A stretch of 60,607 nucleotides of DNA from NCBI GenBank assembly GCA_964613905.1, contig CAZTIV010000010.1, positions 1-60,607 of the forward strand, written 5' to 3'. Shown here in pieces: positions 55,139-60,607 of this stretch. This DNA comes from an uncultured Gemmatimonadaceae bacterium. Lineage in GTDB: Bacteria > Gemmatimonadota > Gemmatimonadetes > Gemmatimonadales > GWC2-71-9. Numbering within the stretch: position 1 is the stretch's first letter; each line of letters starts with the position of its first letter. A program made the translations under genes and the position numbers. The notes below the pieces were generated by a model. That model was not told the DNA's origin. It did not search any database and saw nothing but the letters and a program-made list of their open reading frames with translations.

Positions 55139-56512
55139 ATGACACGTTTCCGATTCCCCCCGTTCCTGCTCATGGGCGCCACGCTGCTCGCGTGCAACCG
55201 CCCGGACGACGTCGAGTTGCGGTTCGTGCTCGACACTCCGCACGACCGGTACCTGGCGAGCCTGCACACGTCCGGGCTCGCCGAGACGGCGCTTGCGAGT
55301 GACTGGATCGCTGCGGCAGAGCGCGCCGTCGGAGCGCCGGTACCTGTCACCCTCCCACACCGCGAAGTACGCTGGATGGACCCCACCCGTGCTTCGGCCC
55401 TCGGGCTTTCCATTACGCTAGCGCGCGGCCAGCGACTGGTCGCCCGGATCGAGCCGGACAACAACGCTGATGATCCGCGAGTTTTCCTGGATCTGTTCTT
55501 TACCGGCGACACCACATCCCAGCCGTGGCTCGTGCACAGCGGTGATCCGTCCGAGCGGATTCTGGAGTTCGTAACCACGAGGCCGGGCACCTACGTCCTT
55601 CGCATTCAGCCCGAACTGTTGCGGGGCGGACGACTGGGCATCACCGTGAGCCGGCACGCGTCGCTCGCGTTTCCGGTAGCGGAACGCGACATGGCGGCCA
55701 TCCGGAGCGGCTTCGGGGCCGCCCGGGACGGCGGCCGGCGCGAACATCATGGGGTGGACATCTTCGCACCGCGAGGTACTCCGGTTCTCGCGGCAACGGA
55801 TGGCTACGTGGCGCGCGTGGGGACCAATCGGCTTGGCGGCAACGTCATTTGGTTGCGCGACGAGGTCCATGGCCAGTCCCTCTATTACGCACATCTTGAT
55901 CGGCACGCCGTAACGCGCGGTGCCCGGGTTCGCTCCGGTGATACGCTTGGCTACGTGGGCAACACGGGAAACGCCCGTACCACACCCCCCCACCTGCATT
56001 TCGGCATCTATATCCGGGGTACAGGACCGGTCGATCCACACTTCCATATCTTCGAGCCCCTGGAGAGTCCCGCGATCTTTGCAGGCCTTCCAGACCTGAT
56101 CGGTCACACGAGCCGCGTGGCGCCGCGGCCGGTAACCCTGAGACCCTATCCAACTGCCCGGTCGGGCGGTCTGACCGACGCGACGCCAGGTGCGCCCGTC
56201 GACGTGCTCGCCGGGATTGGAAACTGGTATCTGGTACGCCTGCCGGACGGGTTGGAGGGATATGTGCCGGTTGCCTCCGTTGAGCCGCTCGACCGCCCCC
56301 TGGGCCGCGCGGCGCTGGCCCTGAGTTCAGCGGTTCTCACGGCGCCCGGAGACCGCGGGATAGCGATGGACTCGCTGCGCCCTGGTCTCGCGGTTCATGT
56401 CCTGGGATCGTTCGGTGATTATTCGTTTATCGAGGGCGCCGGTGGCCTGAGGGGCTGGGTGGCATCACACCTCCTCGATGCCGCTGACGCATCCGCCGGC
56501 GACGGACTCTGA
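55139..56512 (+). CDS. M23-family metallopeptidase lipoprotein with a C-terminal SH3b-like region
   Basis: ORF 55139..56512. It has the lipobox TLLAC and the M23 motifs HHGVDIFAPRGTPVLAATDG and GNTGNARTTPPHLHFGIY. Two SH3-like segments occur in the C-terminal region (WYLVRLPDGLEGYV, YSFIEGAGGLRGWV). Confidence 0.85.
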   Translation: MTRFRFPPFLLMGATLLACNRPDDVELRFVLDTPHDRYLASLHTSGLAETALASDWIAAAERAVGAPVPVTLPHREVRWMDPTRASALGLSITLARGQRLVARIEPDNNADDPRVFLDLFFTGDTTSQPWLVHSGDPSERILEFVTTRPGTYVLRIQPELLRGGRLGITVSRHASLAFPVAERDMAAIRSGFGAARDGGRREHHGVDIFAPRGTPVLAATDGYVARVGTNRLGGNVIWLRDEVHGQSLYYAHLDRHAVTRGARVRSGDTLGYVGNTGNARTTPPHLHFGIYIRGTGPVDPHFHIFEPLESPAIFAGLPDLIGHTSRVAPRPVTLRPYPTARSGGLTDATPGAPVDVLAGIGNWYLVRLPDGLEGYVPVASVEPLDRPLGRAALALSSAVLTAPGDRGIAMDSLRPGLAVHVLGSFGDYSFIEGAGGLRGWVASHLLDAADASAGDGL

Positions 56513-56544
56513 TTCAAGGACCGCCACCTCGCCGGGACGTCTGC

Positions 56545-56949
56545 TCAGTTCTTTCTCAACAAGCCTCTGATTTCCGCCGCCGGGAGGAGACGGCCCTTCC
56601 CGACGCCCGGACAGAATGCAGCCAACCGCGTCCATGCGCGGGGTGACATGTTCTCCGGCCAGAACGGCCAGGTGCGGCACTGCGTGGGCCGGGCTTCGTA
56701 GACCGAGCAGCGTACGCCGTCGAGGAACCGGCAGGGACCGTTGACCTCCTTCAGATGAAAGTGGCCGTCGGTCTTGTCGCAGTAGCGACGGGTGAAATCG
56801 CGAGTGGGAATCCCAAGCCACATGGCCAGCCTGCGCCGATCCGCCAGAGTCAGGTAGACGTACCCGTGGGCGCCGTGCGACACACAGCAGCGGCCAGTGC
56901 CCTGGCATTCGAATCGCACGCCGGCGGACCACCATGGTGACCGAGCCAT
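56545..56949 (-). CDS. YkgJ-family cysteine-cluster protein (UPF0153)
   Basis: ORF 56545..57261 trimmed to the ATG at 56949. FECQGTGRCC ... GPCRFLDGVRCSVYEARPTQCRTWPFW fits the YkgJ Cys-cluster pattern (134 aa). Confidence 0.75.
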   Translation of the reverse strand: MARSPWWSAGVRFECQGTGRCCVSHGAHGYVYLTLADRRRLAMWLGIPTRDFTRRYCDKTDGHFHLKEVNGPCRFLDGVRCSVYEARPTQCRTWPFWPENMSPRAWTRLAAFCPGVGKGRLLPAAEIRGLLRKN

Positions 56950-57002
56950 GCCGTCCAATGTAGGAACCCGGAGCAGTCGGGCAAGAGTTACGCGGAACTC
57001 CT

Positions 57003-57869
57003 TCAGCGTGCGATGGCGCCAACGTACACGCCGGCAGTCACAATAGCCGCACCGGCCAGCAGGTGTCCCGTAACCGGTTGGCCCAGAATCAGCACACCAA
57101 GTACGACCGCCACCACTGGCATGGCAGCCACCGCAAACACTGCAGCCGAAGCGGCCCACCTTCTGATTACGTAGAGAAAGGAAAGAAACAGACCCACGGA
57201 ACCGATTACGACGAGCCACGCCACGGCGAACAGCGTGCGCGTCTCGCTCGGCAGGGCCCATCGTTCACCAAGCACCAGCGAGCCCATCGCGAGCAGGATG
57301 ATTCCCGCCGTCATGCCAATGGCGTTCATGTTGACCGGATGCACCTGCGGCAGAGCCTTGGCCACCACGCTGGAAGCGGCGATGGCCAGGCTGCCGAGCA
57401 CCGCGGCCGCGAAGTATGACGGGTGGATCTCTCCGCCCATCGCCTCGATTGACAGCACGGCGATTCCCGCCACGGCAAGCACGCCGCCGGCGAGCCGGCG
57501 GCGTGACAAGCGCTCCTGCCCAGAAACCACGGCGATCAGTATGGTGAAGAGGGGGGCGGCGGCGATGATCACGGCCACGGTACCGGCGGCCAGCCCCACC
57601 AGGGAGTAGTAGAGGAACGCATATGCGGCGCCGATTCCGAGCACCCCGTACAGTGCCGCACCCGCCGCCGCGCGTCCCCGGGCGATCGGCACGCGCCACG
57701 ACGCCGCGATGAGAAAGAACAACGCGGATGCAAGCGCGAATCGCAACGCAGCTCCGAACAGAGGCGGAAGCTCCATATTGCTCACGCTTACGGCGATGAA
57801 GTTGGCGCCGCCGGTTACGGTAGCGCCGATGAATGCGGCAAGTGTCTTCGCGTCGGGGGGGTCGCGCAA
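57003..57869 (-). CDS. EamA/DMT-superfamily transporter
   Basis: ORF 57003..57869 with a TTG start. It has about 10 hydrophobic helices in two similar halves, which is typical of EamA. Confidence 0.85.
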   Translation of the reverse strand: MRDPPDAKTLAAFIGATVTGGANFIAVSVSNMELPPLFGAALRFALASALFFLIAASWRVPIARGRAAAGAALYGVLGIGAAYAFLYYSLVGLAAGTVAVIIAAAPLFTILIAVVSGQERLSRRRLAGGVLAVAGIAVLSIEAMGGEIHPSYFAAAVLGSLAIAASSVVAKALPQVHPVNMNAIGMTAGIILLAMGSLVLGERWALPSETRTLFAVAWLVVIGSVGLFLSFLYVIRRWAASAAVFAVAAMPVVAVVLGVLILGQPVTGHLLAGAAIVTAGVYVGAIAR

Positions 57870-58274
57870 CTATCGGTCCAGGCACAGATGGACGGTTCGC
57901 ATGGCCACCGACTGGGTGGGCTGGCCGCCCTTGATTCTGGTGCTGGGAACGTCGTAGGCGCTGTGAGGCTTCACGGCCGGTTCGCTTCCGGTGGCCCCTG
58001 CCAGAGCACGTGCGTGATTTTCCAGTGTCCGTCCTCGCGGGCCAGGCTGCCAGGATCCATCATCGGCACGCGCGAAGCCGAACTTCAGCACCTCGGTCGA
58101 GACGCTGCGGATCAGCTTGGTGGAATCGCCCTCGTAGAACCCTTCCAGATAATCCAGGGCGGCGCGCCCGACGGCTTGGTACTGATCGTCCTGGGCGGCC
58201 AGTGATCCCGTGAGACCGGCGAGACAGACGGCAAGGGCTTGGATGCTGCGCATGAGGGACTCCTGTGGGGACAA
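57870..58274 (-). pseudogene. NTF2-like / lumazine-binding-family secreted protein, apparently disrupted by an internal deletion plus a frameshift
   Basis: The N-terminus of ORF 57870..58274 has a signal peptide and AALDYLEGFYEGDSTKL, typical of this family. The family's C-terminal strand (SLAREDGHWKITHVLWQGPPEANRP-stop) is encoded in the +1 frame at about 57971-58042. Only about 15 residues separate the two pieces, where about 60 would be expected. Confidence 0.5.
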
Positions 58275-58381
58275 CTTACCATCGGAGTGAGGGCTGCAGG
58301 GTTTCGGGCCTGCGCATTCGGTCGGGCCCGCCCCTGTTCCGAGTTCTCGGTGGTCCGCACGTTGGTTCGAAGGTACCTATG

Positions 58382-58419
58382 AAAAAGCGGCCGCGTGAGG
58401 GCAGGTTCCACGCGACCGC
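58382..58419 (-). terminator. Intrinsic terminator after the PEP-CTERM gene
   Basis: The minus strand reads GCGGTCGCGTG, loop GAACCTGCCCT, CACGCGGCCGC, then TTTTT. This is an 11-bp stem with one mismatch, starting 27 nt after the stop at 58446. Confidence 0.65.
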
Positions 58420-58445
58420 TCCGGCACGCCCGAGGGCGCGCCGCT

Positions 58446-59045
58446 CTACTCGATCCGACCCGTGCGACGGCGGCGGACCAGCCCGACGCCAAGCAGGCCC
58501 GTGCCGAGCAGCACCAACGTCATCGGCTCGGGGACGACATGCCTGTTCAGATACGTCGTCCGGAAGATCAGCTCCTCGCCGGGGAACGTCTCGCCGCTCA
58601 GCGACGTGCTGATCATCACGAACGCCGTCGCGCCACCCGGCACGAGCACGCTGAACGACTGCTCGCCGAGCGGCGGGATGTTGAAGCTCGAGCCCGCGTC
58701 GCCCAGGTAGCCGCTGGAGAGGTTCGTCGGGTCGAAGCCATTGAGGTAGACCGAGAAGAACGAGTTAAAGATCGTGGACTGCATGATGTCCACGAAGAAC
58801 GGGTTCGCGGCTGGGGTCGGGTTGACGAAAAAAAACACTGCCCAGCTGAACGTGCCGCCGAAAGTGCCCGGGAAGGCCTTCGGGTTCTGCCAGTCGCTCG
58901 GTACGCCATCCCGGAACAGCCGGGCGTCCATCGTCGGCTCCTGGCCCGACCAGATATATGACGTGACCGTCTGCGCCTCCACGCTTGCTGCCGTAATTGT
59001 GAGCACCGCTACTACGCCGAGTAGTTTTTTCATAACGTGATGCAT
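58446..59045 (-). CDS. PEP-CTERM sorting-domain secreted protein
   Basis: ORF 58446..59045. GGAGGA lies 7 nt upstream of the ATG. It has the signal peptide KKLLGVVAVLTITAASVEAQ. The C-terminus VPEPMTLVLLGTGLLGVGLVRRRR gives the PEP motif, a TM helix and an Arg cluster. Confidence 0.85.
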   Translation of the reverse strand: MHHVMKKLLGVVAVLTITAASVEAQTVTSYIWSGQEPTMDARLFRDGVPSDWQNPKAFPGTFGGTFSWAVFFFVNPTPAANPFFVDIMQSTIFNSFFSVYLNGFDPTNLSSGYLGDAGSSFNIPPLGEQSFSVLVPGGATAFVMISTSLSGETFPGEELIFRTTYLNRHVVPEPMTLVLLGTGLLGVGLVRRRRTGRIE

Positions 59046-59074
59046 GGTTGGTCCTCCATGCGTGAGCGTGGAAT

Positions 59075-59092
59075 CGGCACCGACCGGTGCCG
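59075..59092. promoter_or_regulatory. Perfect 8+2+8 palindrome upstream of the PEP-CTERM gene
   Basis: CGGCACCG AC CGGTGCCG lies 30-47 nt upstream of the ATG at 59045. It could be an operator or a 5-prime-UTR hairpin. Function unknown. Confidence 0.4.
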
Positions 59093-59308
59093 CCGGGTTC
59101 GAATCGCTGCGCGTTATTCTGGCCCCTTCGGAGCGTAGCGTTTGGGATCATTTTCCGGGCCGAAGCCGACTGCGCCCGTCGGCGGTACTGCAACTCATTG
59201 TGGGTTCAGTCCTTCGTTCGCTCAGGCGGCCAGCGCCGCGGCCGCAGAATTCGTTGCATGCTCGCGGCACATCGTCGCAGTGTGACGACAGCGTGACCTT
59301 CCACTGCG

Positions 59309-59470
59309 ATGAGCTTAGGGGCAGACGGGGACGTCGTCGCTCGCGGCATCGGCATGGATGGACGGATTGGTGCACGCTTCCTGAGTGCGGGCCTGGGTTT
59401 CGGGGGCTGCTGCTTCCCGAAGGACGTTCTGGCCGCTGTTGGTGAGCGAGAGCGGCAGGTTCTGGAAGTC
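59309..59470 (+). pseudogene. Internal fragment of a UDP-glucose/GDP-mannose dehydrogenase gene
   Basis: The plus-strand frame reads [40 protein letters not shown]. This matches the GIG-D-RIG--FL-AG-GFGG-CFPKD catalytic-Cys motif of the family. There is no N-terminal Rossmann domain upstream, where stops occur in frame, and no C-terminal domain downstream. Confidence 0.6.
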
Positions 59471-59506
59471 GGAGCCGACCGTGACGTGGCGGCGCGTCAC
59501 CGCCCC
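59471..59506. repeat. 36-nt repeat, copy B, containing a 20-nt imperfect palindrome
   Basis: GGAGCCGACCGTGACGTGGCGGCGCGTCACCGCCCC is identical at 35 of 36 positions to 60299-60334. The internal GTGACG-TGGCGGCG-CGTCAC palindrome is at 59481-59500. Confidence 0.85.
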
Positions 59507-59564
59507 GACGTTGCACGCACTGGCCTGGTTGCCCGACGGGGCCGGGGCAGATAGACTCACTGCT

Positions 59565-59780
59565 ATGGCACGACCGATTGCGGTAGAGGATCTGACCACC
59601 CAGGAGCGGATTGAGCTCATCGGCAGGCTCTGGGACAGCCTTGATCCCGCCCTTGCAGCCCCCCTTACGCCGGAATTGGCGGAGGAGCTCGATCGCCGAG
59701 AAGCCGACGCTGATGCGACGCCCGATGCCGGAGAGGCGTGGTCCGACATCAAGGACGAATTGCGCAAGAAGCTTCGATAG
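59565..59780 (+). CDS. Antitoxin (putative addiction-module component family)
   Basis: This is the C-terminal 71 codons of ORF 59385..59780, from the ATG at 59565. MARPIAVEDLTTQERIELIGRLWDSLD...LTPELAEELDRR fits the family. It lies immediately upstream of a ParE/RelE toxin gene. Confidence 0.75.
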   Translation: MARPIAVEDLTTQERIELIGRLWDSLDPALAAPLTPELAEELDRREADADATPDAGEAWSDIKDELRKKLR

Positions 59781-60080
59781 GTGCGGCATCTCCGTGTACG
59801 GAAGCTCGCCCGCGCGGAGATTGATGCGGCGTTCTCATGGTATCGGGAGCGATCACCAGAAGCGGCTTCGCGCTTTCTGGATGCTGTCGATGAAGCACTG
59901 AGTGCGATCGAGTCGAGTCCCGACCGGTACCCGGTCGTTCGCGGGCGGCTTCGACGCAGCCTCCTCCGCCAATTCCCCTACGCGGTCTATTACAAGGTGT
60001 TTCCTTCGACGATCAGTGTGGTGGGCGTGATCCACGGTCACCGTCACCCGCGTACTTGGCTCCGCCGCGCTGCGCCGTAA
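59781..60080 (+). CDS. parE: Type II toxin, RelE/ParE family
   Basis: ORF 59781..60080, with a GTG directly after the antitoxin stop. ARAEIDAAFSWYRERSPEAASRFLDAVDEALSAIESSPDRYPVV...FPYAVYYKVFPSTISVVGVIHGHRHP is the ParE-type pattern. Confidence 0.85.
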   Translation: MRHLRVRKLARAEIDAAFSWYRERSPEAASRFLDAVDEALSAIESSPDRYPVVRGRLRRSLLRQFPYAVYYKVFPSTISVVGVIHGHRHPRTWLRRAAP

Positions 60081-60607
60081 CAGGCTTGCGGCGCGCCTCG
60101 AGTACGCCCCCAACTGACTTGTGATATGTGTGCTGGGCCGAGAACGGGTAGGTGGTCGTCTGCGGGTCTCGCGATCTGGCCCGTGGGCCGGTAGGTGTAG
60201 GTCGCGTCCGCGGTGCTGGGCTTGGTGGAGGTGGTCGAGGCAAAGACCCGCCACAACAGTCCCCGGCCGTCGTAGTCGTACCACTGGTACCAGTTGTTGG
60301 AGCCGACCGTGACGTGGCGCCGCGTCACCGCCCCCCGGAGGTCCAGGGTCAGCGTGTCGGCGGTGTTGAGGGCGGCGAGGACCGTGGTGCCGCGTTCTCT
60401 TGAAGCGTGCAGAACTCTTGCCTGCCGGACTCGGTCGGACGTAAGCTTCCGGTACCCAGAACAGGGGATGTGACAGTGGCTGGAGCCATCCGCCAGAACC
60501 CACCCACCTTCGGCGACTTGGTCAGGCATCGTGACCAGATTCTCGATCTCGCGCGGCGGCGCGGGGCCGGGAACGTTCGAGTGTTCGGTTCCGTGGCCCG
60601 TGGCGTC
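60044..60607 (-). CDS. 3-prime end of a larger gene encoding a YD/RHS-repeat-like protein (continues past the right edge)
   Basis: The minus-strand frame of ORF 60044..60529 stays open to position 60607. It contains WYQWYDYDGRGLLWRVF and ATYTYRPTGQIA, which are YD-repeat-like. The last 37 nt overlap the parE 3-prime end convergently. Confidence 0.45.
   Translation of the reverse strand, partial: DATGHGTEHSNVPGPAPPREIENLVTMPDQVAEGGWVLADGSSHCHIPCSGYRKLTSDRVRQARVLHASRERGTTVLAALNTADTLTLDLRGAVTRRHVTVGSNNWYQWYDYDGRGLLWRVFASTTSTKPSTADATYTYRPTGQIARPADDHLPVLGPAHISQVSWGRTRGAPQACYGAARRSQVRG
60299..60334. repeat. 36-nt repeat, copy A
   Basis: GGAGCCGACCGTGACGTGGCGCCGCGTCACCGCCCC differs from copy B (59471-59506) at one position. 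It lies inside the YD-like reading frame, where it encodes [12 protein letters not shown]. Confidence 0.85.

Noticed and set aside
59046-59200. A possible sigma-54 promoter upstream of the PEP-CTERM gene: GGCAC-N-GTGC within the palindrome, and GGCCAGAATAACGC further upstream.
   Set aside because: The first has GG-N11-GC spacing instead of N10 and is better explained as a perfect palindrome. The second lacks the TTGC -12 element. Neither is convincing without TSS data.
59315-59767. A minus-strand 150-aa ORF spans the ugd-fragment region, repeat copy B and part of the antitoxin gene.
   Set aside because: Its upstream half is antisense to the well-supported antitoxin gene. Its downstream half is antisense to the strong dehydrogenase motif. 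Only the 12 residues encoded by the 36-nt repeat resemble the YD-like ORF, so it is treated as a by-product of the repeat rather than a gene.
59471-60334. I considered the repeat-bracketed toxin-antitoxin cassette as an integron gene cassette (attC) or an IS/MITE.
   Set aside because: There are no RYYYAAC / GTTRRRY attC core sites, no intI, no terminal inverted repeats at the outer edges and no transposase. It is kept as an unexplained repeat finding rather than called a mobile element.
1-60607. I searched by eye for tRNA (including tRNA-Sec), rRNA, selenoprotein genes with in-frame TGA and SECIS, transposases and integrases.
   Set aside because: None was recognised. The non-coding gaps are too short or lack cloverleaf-type structure, and no pair of same-frame ORFs is separated by a single TGA. 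This is a by-eye result, and tRNAscan-SE, Infernal and a SECIS search would be decisive.

Overview
This is a high-GC (roughly two-thirds G+C by eye), very gene-dense bacterial chromosome segment. AAQ-type signal peptides, a FlgD-Ig/T9SS-like C-terminal domain, a PEP-CTERM protein and HprK with a mannose-type PTS suggest a Gemmatimonadota-like organism, but that is inference only. Positions 1 to about 40.5 kb form one unbroken minus-strand gene array of about 41 genes. In map order it holds clpB, a small CTD-only secreted protein, selB, recO and a btuF-btuC-btuD-btuB-like uptake operon behind a cobalamin riboswitch. It continues with a BFN nuclease, ahcY-metK, an EI/HPr/HprK plus EIIA-B-C-D(Man) PTS cluster with hpf, a GT4 gene, and nusB with ribH-ribBA-ribE-ribD. 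The last part holds purM, a PfkB kinase, argS, an FmdB zinc-ribbon gene, an acyl-CoA mutase catalytic subunit, fbp, comEC-comFB, miaB-mtaB, a lipoprotein plus beta-barrel pair, and cdd-deoB-alr. About a dozen of these junctions are 4-nt NTGA start/stop overlaps. The most system-like candidate is at 42.7-49.2 kb. There a CheY-like regulator and a soluble GAF-PAS hybrid kinase face an HPt-REC-REC protein, a HEAT-repeat membrane protein and a processive GT2 synthase, which looks like a phosphorelay-controlled exopolysaccharide module. The right end (57.9-60.6 kb) looks like a decayed, rearranged accessory patch. It holds a disrupted NTF2-like gene, a self-contained PEP-CTERM gene, a UDP-glucose dehydrogenase fragment, a ParE/antitoxin cassette bracketed by 36-nt direct repeats, and the end of a YD-repeat-like gene. 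Other notable signals are opposed heptamer-repeat arrays upstream of clpB and an argS gene that seems to need a CTG start. I recognised no rRNA, tRNA, CRISPR array, transposase or integrase. All coordinates and motifs were read by eye from the sequence and ORF track, and no database search was run.
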